Shown: positions 52,363-64,000 of the stretch, piece after piece
Layout: each line of letters opens with the position of its first letter
How positions within the stretch are numbered: position 1 is the stretch's first letter
Source: Felis catus
Lineage: Eukaryota
Direction: 5' to 3'
DNA: 64,000 nt
Assembly: GCF_018350175.1 (NCBI RefSeq)
Contig: NC_058368.1
Location: 164,240,001-164,304,000 of the forward strand
Translations under genes and position numbers: made by a program
Notes under the pieces: model-generated
Told to the model about the DNA's origin: nothing
Database searches by the model: none
What the model saw: the letters and a program-made list of their open reading frames with translations, nothing else

Positions 52363-55300
52363 AAGATTGGTTCACAGAGTATGGAACTTGGAGATTTTAG
52401 ATAAAAAATAAAATACAACAGATAATCCCAGCACTCTTGGAAGAAAAAATTGATAAGGGCAAATGCCTATCAAGAAAGATCCTATACCAGGTAAAAAAAA
52501 AAAGCTGATAAAAAAGACAAATCAATAGGTCAATTGTCAGATCTGCCAATTAACCAACTATACAAAAGGTCAATAACTTATGCATCAAAAGTTTGGTATT
52601 ATTCAGAAACTCAAGAATATTCACTTGTTTGGCATATGTGGGATATGACAGTGATACAGATGGAGAGAAGGAACTTACAGTTTATAGATGAGCAAGGCTC
52701 ACTGCTGCCACCTGAAGTCACCAAAAACATGCCCTCTCCTACTCATTTTTGTGTGCTCTTACCTGTTGCATAGCATATCTGTTTATATTTCTTAATTGCC
52801 ACTGCTAGAGGTGAACAAGCCCTTTAGTATATCATTCCCAGCAGTGGAACTGAGGTTAGTGTTGGCAATGATTATAGAGATTCTGATTTTGAACACATGA
52901 TTTTAATATAGATTTTCATTTTGATCACACCATTTTGATATTCTCAAGAATTGTCGAGAATTTAACTCTGCCTTCTACTTTAGACGAAAAATAAAATATT
53001 CTGACACTTGTTCTGCCCATTTCAAGAGGAGTAGCTGGAGGAATCTCTATATACTATGGGGAATGGTTTTCAGATAAGAACACATAGGTTCTTTGTAGTG
53101 AAGCAATGTCAGGAGAGACTGTAGATTTGGAGAATGAGATTCTTCTCTCATTTAGGGCTAGAGAACAAGAAGGTCTTCACACTTAAAAACAGAAAAGTAT
53201 AAGATATGTTAACAAAAGAAATCCGTGTGTACAATTCCTTTCTATAGGTCATAACTCAATTTGAAAAGCAGTTATACCAAAAGAGAAAGAGTTTTGAAAC
53301 TTTTTGTAAAAGCATTCAGTATTTTAAAAAAATTGGTGCTCTATTTTGTGATGAGTGTGCATTAAAAAAACAGAAGTCAGCTGGATAATTCAGTGAATGT
53401 AGATTTTTTCCCCACATTGTCGTGTTTCAATACAATTCACAGCTGTATAAATAATGCCATTCATAAGCAGAACTCAGGCAAATTCAATTCTGTTTCTATT
53501 AATGTGGAATGTGCTAAAATTTTCCACTTTTGTTTGCTTAAAGAACATGTATGTCTTGGCACACAAAAGCTCTCTTGTGTTCATATAATTGTAAAAAAAG
53601 TTAAACACCCACCTCAAAATCCTGAGGGCACTAAGCAGTCATCCTTCCAAAGAGGTCTATATTTTCAGACATGACGTGTATTACTGATTGTGGAACAAAA
53701 TCCACTGTATAATTTCTGTGGTCGTCTAAAACAGACAAAGCAGCTGGGAGAAAAATATTACTGGTTGCTATTTCCCCAGATTTTCTTTCATCTCCCTCTG
53801 AGGAATTTGTTTGCAGAGCATACACAACACCATCCAAAAAGGGAGGCTTTTTTGAATGAAACATGTTCTGTCTTAAGCGAGTTCTAAAGTGCTCTAAATG
53901 TGAAGCTTTAGAATCCGATGATACCTACTCCATGGAGGCCTGACAGTAAGTCATGTAATACATCGATGAGTTTATGGGTTTCTCGGTTAGTAGTTCCAGA
54001 TGGTGTATCTGTGCTCTGGCTGTGCACTCCGTGTAAATCATCTCACTCACAATCAACAGATATCCAGAAGCACTTTAATTGGAAACATTTATTTTTACCA
54101 GTTATTTATAACCTTCAATAGAATCTCATTCAAGAACATGGAGCCCCTTGTTTTTCATATTAGCTGAGCTCTTTTTTTGGAGGGAAGGTTTTGACAGGAT
54201 CTGTACTGACTGAAATGATGTTTTCCTGAGATTTCTGTATGCTCAATATATTTGTGGTTTAGTCTTAAGAAATGCTGCTATCGAAGCTTCTGCCCCTGTC
54301 CACACCACCTTCTTGCCAACTCTTATTTTGGACTAGAGAGTATTCAAGTGAAAAGCATGTTTGCCATAGTTGAAAAATGATTGCTGTTAATGCCAGGGTT
54401 TTGGTATCAGCCCTTCAAACCACCATCATTAATCTTAATTAGAAAACTAAAGCAAAGGTTTTTACCATTTGCAATTAATATGGGACCTAATTTGGATTCA
54501 GATTCCAAACTGAACTCACTGTCTGCCTGTGTTGGAAAACGTGTTTTATACCTGCCAGTACCAATATTGTTTTAGTAACCAAGGAAAGAGCAGTGCCTTG
54601 ACTGACATCAGAATAATCTGTGTCGACCATAAACATTAATCTTGTTTAGAAAGTCAAGCTGAACTTTGTCAAAGAAGAAAGGTCTAGGGAAAAAAAAAAA
54701 AAAGCAAGTTTACTTGAAGGCCCTACATAGTATCAAAAACACTGAGCTACATCTTCGAGTTTCTCCCACTCTAGAGGCGGTGGATTTGGCCATTTGTAAT
54801 GAAGGCCCTGTCCTCTGCTCTTATATTGTTCTACATTGTTTGGAGAAAACATATGACATCTGAGCTCTTCATCAGAAGGTTGGGAGACGTATATATGATG
54901 CCCCTATGTTGAAATGATGCAAAACATTCAAATAAAATAGTAATTAAGAGAAAATACCTCTAAAGTGTCAGAGACATTACTTCCAACTTGGTAAGTATTT
55001 TAGGTTGCTTTTAATTTTAATTGAATTTGTACGAATTTACTAAATACAGAAATATCTCTGAAGAGATATTGTTTAGACTATTTATTATACTAGAACCATC
55101 ATTTATTTCACCTTCAAAGTGAACCTCTTAACACTGATGGTCTATTTTTTTTTCCCTTAAAGTCTGTGTGTGGGGTTGTAAGGGCTTTCAGGAGTGTTGA
55201 AAACTGAGATGCAGTGTTTGAAAGCTAAATGAAAATTAACTGATGTTCAGAAGATTTTATTTTCAAAAATGTACCAACTGCTATAGGAAACTGGTATTTG

Positions 55301-58300
55301 TATCCAGATATGTAAAACACACATATCTTGGTATTTATATGTGTATAAATATCAGCTTATTAAAGCACATATGTATATGTGTGCATATATACATAATATA
55401 TACATACACATATATGTTACTTGTGTTTTATAAATTTTTCAAATGTGAAAAAAGAAGGTTTAAAAAAGGTATACAGTAGTAGTCAAGTCAGGACCAAAAT
55501 TCTAGTATCTAATTTTTAGTAAATCGATAATTTGCCTTCAGTTTTAACACACCCAAATGAACAAAGCTAATGCTTGGTATTGAAGTGTTTTATCTAGTTT
55601 TATTTGGTTGGGGAAGAGGAGTGTGACTGCTAAACATTCTCCTAAAAAGGCTTAGAAATTTCTGATGCTGTTCTCATATTATTTCTATTTAACTAAACTT
55701 TTTGCATCTTGATCCTAATAAATAAAGAATACAAAGCATAACATGTTTGAAGATGGATATTGCATGTGTAAATTTATTATAGTAATTTATGTAAGTTTTA
55801 ACCATATTTGAAAAGATTGATAATAAGACATTAAAAAAAACATTAGCATGGTCAATAAGTACTGATTTACAAGAATTAATTAAATTAATAGAAACTCAAA
55901 CATGACATGCGATTCTATTGACTTCAAAATATATCCCAAATATAAACCTTTCTTCAAAGCACATCCTTCTTACCACTCTCTTGAACCCAGAAACTTGCTC
56001 CAGCCAAACATAGCTGAATTTTACTCATCACTAAACACCTTGGTAATATCAGCATTAAGGGGGGTTGGCAACTGTTAAGAATTTGGCTCTTTCAAAGAGT
56101 ATTCATTTTTGCCTTGTCAATTTCATTATGGGAATGGTGTTTCTCACAGTTTTATATAACACGGTTTTATGTGTGTATACAAATGACTTTTCAATGTTAG
56201 ACGTTCACCATCAGAATTCTATTAAAATAGTGCTATTCTGGCTCTGAAGAATGTTAGATGAATTAACATGGGGATCATTTATGTAGACAATATTCATTAT
56301 TCTTATTTAGAAAGTCATATTTTCTGATGGCCATGAAAGGGTTTTATTTTGTTTCTGAATTCTCAGTTGGCAACTAAATCAAAAACCCATTTCCAATAAC
56401 TGCCAGTACATAGCTCACATATTCCTATGCTTCATTTTCTTCAGCTATCTTATAAAGTATAAGTGTGATAAAGCTGCAGAATAATCTTCTCTTGCAAAGG
56501 GCATCAGTAGACACCTAGTTTGTATTTTCTTATCACTCTATGTTTCTCACTAAATACAGCATTGTCTTTATCTTCTAATCTCTAGTTGTAAACTCCTTCA
56601 TTATAATCTGAGGGGAATTGTGTAGTAAACATGATGAATTGGGAAATGTCTTTAAAATCTGTAGTCTAGTGAATAACTCCAGCAGCAGGCTAATACTGGC
56701 AATAAATTTGAAAATACTTAACTGTGGAGTATATTACTGTCTGCTTTCAGTGTTTTTTTTTTTTAAGACTTTCAATCTGTAAGATTTTAAAATAGAAACA
56801 AAGAACGTCTCAGAAGAGATCTTGGCAATCCCAAAGGCAATCCCTGTTCTGCGTGTAGTACCATATGTTGAAAAACACTAGTGCCAAATTGCCTATTGTG
56901 GCAAGTTATACATTTTTCTTTTTGTTGAGGTCTCCTTTTGAATCAATACTATTTTTTGTCAGAGTAGAGTAGAGATCCAATTGATTAAAATATAGAATGT
57001 AATTGAAATAGTAGTACATTTTGAAGATATTGATGAGCTAGTCTAATATTTCTTGAAGAACACATTAGTAAATTAGCTCACAATTCAGTTAAGCATAATT
57101 ATTCTTTCATTTAGGGTATTTCAAAATACAGTGACTGAATAAAGATACAGTTTTTCATATTAAACAAGCAAACTTACATTTGTTTTGATATCTATAAGCT
57201 TATTAATTCCAACAGATCTAGTGTTATGATGTGTAAATGCTTCAGAAATTTTGGGGAAAACCAGGTCATGTTGAAAATATACATTTTAAATTAAATTAAT
57301 TAAAAATCAAATTTGGCTTAAAAATAAAATGCTTGTAACACTCCTAAGCAAATTTGAATAATTTGATTCCACTCCTTTGGAAAATAATTGCTACTAATTT
57401 GGGGAAAATATCTTCCTGTAACATCTAAATATTGATGCTGACCTCTGGGGAAAAGGTAAGAAACAGCATGAAGAAAAAATAGAATAATTATTTCCATATT
57501 ATTTTCCTATAAATATATGTCTAGAAATAGCAGCTTTGGAACAAGTGGGACCAAAATCTAAAACTGTTAAATAAGAGCATTGTATTGAGTGAAAATCATG
57601 CATATGTAATTGTTTTAAGTTAAAATAATACTCAGCATTTTTTAGAGTTCTCAATCCCAGGAGACAGCAGTGTGAAGTCTTGCAATATTTTCATTGTATG
57701 TTTTTTCCAGACACCACTAGAGGCCCCACAACTCCAAAAATAAATGAATGATTACATGGACTGCTAATCAAAGCATAAAATAAAATAGAAAGTTAAATGG
57801 AAAGATTACCACTGTCTACCTGGCAAGGTTTTATATTCAGGGATTTTCCTGTAAGAGTTTAGATGGCCTTTGTGAAGCTATCTAAGATTTGTGCCTTTTA
57901 CTTCCTTCTCTGTCTGCAACATACTGATATGTTGCACACCCTTCACACAAACCCTCACGCACAGAATATATGAGGTGTGTAAGTGCTGTGTGCACTCATC
58001 TATGAAGACTGTACACAGAGCCTTGAAAAAATATACCTCTGAACCTAATGAATTATCTATTAAGAAATTGAATTAGAAAAAAAAGTGCTGTATTATAATT
58101 TAGACCGCTAAAAATTTGCTTGCGTTCTTTTTATATTAGGTTAAATAATTATTTACATTTGTGACAAAAATATGCCATTCTCTGTGTCAGACTTTACATT
58201 ATGCCACAAACATATTTTTATAATAATCAGGTAAAGACCACCGGGACGAGCTGCCTTCTTCCTCCGAGAGCACACCTCCTCCCAGATGCTACGAGAATAG

Positions 58301-59133
58301 CAAGGGGATACATGTTACATTGCCAGCAAGCAGGCAAGTCTTCTGGATCTCTTCTTACGTCCTAAGTAAAATTAGATGTAGCGTTTTCAGCCTGGTTTCT
58401 AAATGTTTTGTCTGCCAGCCGGCAGCTTGTCACCTTGAACAGACTTAACCAATTAATTCAGTTCTCTGGTTCCTGGCTAACCTTGAATCCTAGTACGCTT
58501 TCATACCATCTCAGCGGAAGTTTAAACGGCGATCTTTATGGTGAATAAGTAGTGTCTAGGCTCTGAGAACTTATTTTATGAAAAGCCAGTAGCACCTGTG
58601 TTCATTTTTTATGGAAGACATAGTAATGTTACCAAGCGTTCCTCTAAATGCCTTATACTCAGCATTTGTAACAGTTTTCTTGATGAGTAAACCTAACTTC
58701 TCTTCTTTTTCAGCTAGAAAGAGGGTAGTTAAGAGAGGTTAAACGGTATTGTGATAGTGAACTAATCTCTAAGGCAAAGTGTCCTCGGATTTTTCAACTA
58801 CAACTGTTCATATTGACGATTCATAAATGATGTTATGTCAAAATTAATAGATCAAAATCCTACAGGGCTTCTCTCATGTCCAGAACAGTGTAGACTTCTC
58901 AGGGGATATAAAGACATATAAAACCCAGTTCTACTTCCCAAGAAACTAACAATCTAGATATAAACCAAAAAATATATCTTTAATAACAATACAACCACAT
59001 GCTGTTTTTCAGGGATACATCTGAAACAGTTAAAATAGACTGGTCAAAGATATAGGATAAACCAAATAACAAAGCAGAGGGCAACAGTATTCTTGAAAAG
59101 AATTCAAAGTAGAAAGTATTAAACAACAACAAA

Positions 59134-59365
59134 TTTTTTTTTAATTTTTTTAACGTTTATTTATTTTTTGGGGGGACAGAGAGAGACAGAGCATGAACGG
59201 GGGAGGGGCAGAGAGAGAGAGAGAGAGGGAGACACAGAATTGGAAACAGGCTCCAGGCTCTGAACCATCAGCCCAGAGCCTGACGCGGGGCTCGAACTCA
59301 CGGACCGCGAGATCGTGACCTGGCTGAAGTCGGATGCTTAACCGACTGCGCCACCCAGGCGCCCC
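59134..59365 (-). mobile_element. Young felid Can-SINE (SINEC_Fc type), no TSD visible
   Basis: CpG-rich body ending GCGCCACCCAGGCGCCCC. The two flanks do not match each other. Confidence 0.96.
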
Positions 59366-59399
59366 TGTGAAAAAGACTTCTATTTATGAGGAACTTTGC

Positions 59400-60285
59400 T
59401 TTATGACAGAAGTGGCATGCAGGTTATTGACCAAAGGTGTGACTATTACATGTGCGGACATAGAAAATGGAGATTTCTTAAATGAGATACAAGGCAACAA
59501 TCATAAATAAAGATTGAAAACTTGATAATATAGAAATTACAAACTTTAGCTTGCAAAAATGCATTTTAGAAAAAGTGATAAGACAGAACACAAACTGGAC
59601 TAAGATATTTGCGGTTTATGTGAGCAACAAAGTATTAATTTCTAAATATATGAAGACTCTCAGAAGCAAGAAGTAAACAGAATTGAAAAATTATTCAAAC
59701 ACGAGCAGGTACTTTGCAAGAAAAGTAATATAAATAGCTAAAAAGACAGATGTGCTGTCTCTATTAGTATCACAAAAATATGTCAAGAGAGCTATGAGAC
59801 ACTATTTTAGGCCCATTCAATAGGTGGAAGGAAGTTAAGTGTGACTCTACTGAGTTTTACAGATGAGGTAGGTTACCAGGGTCAATTATGCTGGCAGGAG
59901 TATAAACTGGATAATCAGTGTGGGAAACAGTTTGGCATTATCTTGTAAATATAAGCTTTTACTTCTGTGATCCGATAGTTCAACTCCTGTTTATCAAAGA
60001 GGAACTCTTTTAAAAGTACATTAAAGTTCAGAAAAGCACTTTTTGTACTGGAGAAAAAACCCTCGAACATCATAAATTCCATAAACAAAATAATAGATAA
60101 ATACATTTTATTATAGCCACATAATGGAATATTATACATTGGGAAAAATAAATGAATGTAGCTGTGTTCAATAACATGGGTGACCTTATTATAATAGTAT
60201 TGAATGGGAAACCCATATGAGTTTAATAACCTTTATGTAAAGTTTCAAACAAGGCCATATAAATGGATTATCTATAATATAGTTT
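59400..60285 (+). mobile_element. Old L1ME-like ORF2 3' region and 3' UTR (probably continuing in fragments to about 61140)
   Basis: A-rich degenerate L1 motifs such as GCTGGCAGGAGTATAAACTGG...GGGAAACAGTTTGGCATTATCTTGTAAA and ATAATGGAATATTATAC. Confidence 0.7.
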
Positions 60286-60299
60286 AAAAACGCTTTCTA

Positions 60300-60516
60300 G
60301 GGTGCCTGGGTGCCTCAGTCAAACTAAACGTCTGACTCTTGATTTCGGCTCAGGTGGTAATCTCATGGTCGCAAGATCAAGCCCGGTTTCAGGCTCCACC
60401 GAGCCTGGGGCATGGAGCCTTCTTGGGATTCTCTCTCTTTCTTTCTGCCCCTTCCCTCCTCACGTGCACACACGTGCTCTCTCTCTCTCTCTCTCTCTCT
60501 CAATAAATAAACTTTA
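60300..60516 (+). mobile_element. Older Can-SINE
   Basis: GGGTGCCTGGGTGCCTCAG head, (CT)n, AATAAATAAA tail. TSD AAAAACGCTTTCTAG (60286-60300) / AAAAAGGCTTTCTAG (60517-60531). Confidence 0.93.
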
Positions 60517-60773
60517 AAAAAGGCTTTCTAGTAATAAATGGTAGATGTGAAAAGACAACATAAAAATATGACTAGAAAATAAAAATGTAAAATATTTAAA
60601 TACATAGTTAAGCAAAGGGTATAGTTTGATAAGCATATTTTTCATTTTTGATGGAAGGGTAAATGGAGATAATCTCCCTGAAAAGCAACATATTAATATC
60701 CAAATAAACTGAAAATGTTGTCTTCTTTGATGAAGTAATTCTTAGACTCAGTTCCTAAAAATAATCTCCTTTT

Positions 60774-60905
60774 GTTTTTATTATTATTATTATTATTATT
60801 TTAAGATTTTATTTTTAAGTACTCTATACACCCAACATAGGGCTCAAACTTATAACTCTATGATCAAGAGTTGCATGTTCTACCAACTGAGCCAGCCAGG
60901 AACCT
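60774..60905 (-). mobile_element. Short ancestral-type Can-SINE (tRNA-like, lacks the CT region) with (TTA)n tail
   Basis: Reverse strand reads CCTGGCTGGCTCAGTTGGTAGAACATGCAACTCTTGATC...TTGGGTGTATAGAG-TACTTAAAAATAAAATCTT. TSD core TCTCCTTTT at 60765-60773 and 60912-60920. Confidence 0.88.
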
Positions 60906-60937
60906 GAGAATTCTCCTTTTAAATGATACATTTCTGG

Positions 60938-60945
60938 AAAAAAAA

Positions 60946-60986
<41 letters not shown>
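60938..60986. repeat. Compound A17(GA)16 polypurine tract
   Basis: Direct read. Confidence 0.95.
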
Positions 60987-60988
<2 letters not shown>

Positions 60989-63384
60989 ACCATATGAACG
61001 TTAAAATCCACATACTCTAAAGCAAACAAGTGCTTAGGAAAACAATTATAAAATAATGAGTAACATCTTTGGTTTGGGCTTTTCTGGTTATATTATTCTT
61101 CATTTTATATTTTTCTCTGTTTTTCAAATTAATTCTTCTGAATATTTGCTGCTTTAATTGTCCAAGAAAAAAACTGAGTTATTTTGGAAATGCACAAAAT
61201 TTCTCAATCATATTGGAATAAATAGAAAAAAATCATTTGCATTTTGCAGGATTCAATTATGTTTTAAGTTCAGTGTAAAATGTTAACTTGTAGAACCTTG
61301 TTAATGAAGTCTATTAAATGTATAGTATACAGAAAGTTTGAACACAATAGTAGGCAGATATGGGAAATTCTGAGGAATGCCAAACCTCAGAGGAATTTTA
61401 TAAGATCAAAATTTATCTAGCAACCATTCCCTAGGAAACCAATTCTGTTTAATTCCCCTTTTTTCCTTTTTACTTGAGGATATTGGTGTGAGTTGTTATT
61501 TTGCATCAATAGGTTTCTTTAGGAACTGTGATTTTCAGATTTCTGGTTTCCATAGACCATTTCAAAATCAATTTTGTTGGGTAGAATATTGCCAACATTT
61601 TGTTTTCTCAAGCTCCAAAAATGAAACAAAAATATGACTAACATCTCTTTTTACCATCTTAAAGCAGAGATTGTGTACACCTAAATAATCCCAAATAATT
61701 TTAGGCTCTGAAACACAAGACCTATTTTCCAGGACACTTTGTGGATCTTCCCAGAAATTAAAGTTTCAGTATTCAAAAATGATGTACTAGTTTAACATTG
61801 AAAATGATGCTAATAGTAAGTTTTAGAGTCATGACTATTTAAAAAAAGCTTATAGTTTTGTCACAAACTCTTGGATTGTAGAGTAACTATGGTAAGAAGT
61901 ATAGGGCTCTTGAGCACATTGTGGCAATGTGAGGTATATTATGTGTAACACACTACTTTCCACATTAGGAGGTGGGAGATATAAATCTTGATTTAATTGG
62001 AAACATCCTTTTCCCCTAGAAAAGATGATTCAGGAACCCTACTGGGGAGAGCACACTCACAATTCAAGATACAAAATGGACTTCGTGCAGTCACAGAGAC
62101 AATGAGGAACTGAATCAACTGCAGGCAAATCATTTCAATTCATTACAAAATGAAAGTTAGGCCTGGACTATTTCATTTTGGATTGCTTTTTGCAATCTCA
62201 TAATCTCTTTAATGGAAGTGATTTGTTAATAAAACAGTGGTAATGAAACAGAAGTATCTGTTTACAGCACTCCCCTTATATTTCTTGTGCTTATGCCTGC
62301 TTTCATTATTCATAGAGAACAGTACACAATTTGGTCTGGTATATATCAGTAATAGAAAACCACTTACAGGAGGAAAGGAAAGGACATCATCAATAGAGTA
62401 TAATCTTGGTTTCTGGAATCATTATTGCCCTCTTTGGAGTGCTTTTTCAACCTCAAAGGCAATAGATCTTGAAGCCAGCTAAAAGCTATAATAAAAACAT
62501 ATTTTAACTTTAGTCCTTTAAACAATATCTCTTTGATCTAAATGGGCTCTCTGCTTCAGCAATTACCACTTAAGTTTTTCTCATTTCTAGACTTGGGAAC
62601 CTACATTCTAGTCTTATCCAATAGTAAAATTAGAGAAACAAAATTCTCTTTCAAAGATGTATGAATTATTTTTCTTTGTATGTCCATGGAAGTTTATTTT
62701 CTCTTATGTTTCACCATACTTACTGATAACACATTAGGGTTGTTCATAATATGCATAAAATATCGATGATTCTTGATGAAAACATAAAGAAAATAATCAT
62801 ACACCCCAAATAATAACAATAAAAAATTCAATTCATTGAAAAAATTAATACAATTTTTGATTACCTATGAAAAAATGACCAGTTATATTTCATTGGGGAA
62901 AAAATCCTAACTTATTATTTAGCTAATTTAATAAATGAATTTAAAATAGAATATTTTAAAAAGGTATTCATTATTTAAAATACGATTTGGATTTGATAAA
63001 TTTTCTCAATATGTATAGTAATACAGAATATGAGGAGAAAGAATGTCTGAAATGCAATTCTTCAAGTGTATTGTAAGCAAGAATCCCTTTATAACACAAT
63101 TCATGTTGCCATATCCTTTTGTGTACTGTAGAAAAGTTTGAATTCTCTTAAAATTAGTGGACAGTATTGGTAGAGGGGTAGTAAAAACTTTATCCAGGAT
63201 ATCAAGATAAGTTATATTAATTAAAACTGGGATGGAGAAAAGACTTCTGATTTAAAGTGTTAAGATTGATAGATTTTTTTTGAAATGGCATTTCTGAACT
63301 AAAAATCACATGGGAATTTTAAATTCCAGCATGATTCCGAAATAAAGGATTTTCCGTGTGGTAGAGGTCCAACCTTGACAGCCC

Positions 63385-63590
63385 GTATATAATGTTGCCT
63401 ATTGGCTATGATGTGATTCCCAACTCCACTACATAACTGCTGACATATAACCCTTTCAGGCAGTTTCCCCATATCTAAACTAGGAATAATGATTAATTCC
63501 TACCATAGATTTTCATGGTTAAATTAGATAATTTATCAGAGCACAAAATCTGAAATAAACATTTGTTTAACATTAGCTTATCAATAGTAG
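63385..63590 (+). mobile_element. MIR fragment
   Basis: CCCAACTCCACTAC...CAGTTTCCCCATATCTAAACTAGGAATAATGAT...TTAAATTAGATAAT. Confidence 0.6.
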
Positions 63591-64000
63591 ATTTCAAAGA
63601 GGTGTGAACACACCATTTATAATGGTGTTTGGGATACTTAAATCATTCAGTTCATAAGTATTGCAGTTTATATAATTTTCAGTCTCCAGAACTTAAAATG
63701 TCATAGGCATGCATACAGAACTATCCCACTAGAATATCTGTGGGAAAAGAGGGGGCACTTGTCTATGGAAGAATAGTTGAACGTTCTTAGGAATCTTCTG
63801 CAGAATCTGCCAAATGCAAGTTAAGTGGCTTAAACCCTTCAAGTCATTTCCTATTGCCAAGAGCTCATAGCAAGATCAACAACATACTTTATAGGGCTCA
63901 ATGTAAAATGAAAATGTAGGACCCTTTTCAAAAGGCAGGAAACAATTGCTAGTAAATGTACTAAAATATGAAATACAAAATTCCTTTCTTCTGCAGTCTT

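Noticed and set aside
60774..60905. Possible tRNA gene
   Set aside because: The tRNA-like head continues into a SINE tail with a TSD, so it is a short Can-SINE, not a functional tRNA.
1..64000. ORF-track entries (60-128 aa) as genes
   Set aside because: All are short, many start at non-ATG codons, none resembles a protein family I recognise, and they match chance expectation in AT-rich mammalian DNA.
1..64000. A novel multi-gene system, NUMT, endogenous viral coding sequence or processed pseudogene
   Set aside because: I saw no long ORFs, mitochondrial-like sequence, gag/pol/env remnants or TSD-flanked mRNA copies. Highly degraded ones could be missed without a search.

Overview
AT-rich mammalian nuclear DNA from a felid (domestic cat or a close relative), judged from 17 carnivore tRNA-derived Can-SINEs, several of the young CpG-rich felid SINEC_Fc type. 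I cannot support any protein-coding gene, RNA gene or CRISPR-like system. The ORF-track entries are short chance ORFs or SINE/L1-derived. The window looks like a long intron or intergenic stretch full of interspersed repeats (Can-SINE, L1, L2, L3/CR1, RTE-like, MIR, ERV1/ERVL/MaLR LTRs, hAT DNA transposons) and microsatellites. Repeat family names come from my recollection of consensus sequences, not from a database search. I found no convincing new biological system. The best leads are genome-evolution events: a 184-bp non-tandem templated duplication, an L1 with a candidate 3' transduction, an internally deleted L1 that keeps both ends, a young SINE without a TSD, a strong SINE strand bias that suggests a + strand host gene, and an inverted pair of young SINEs.
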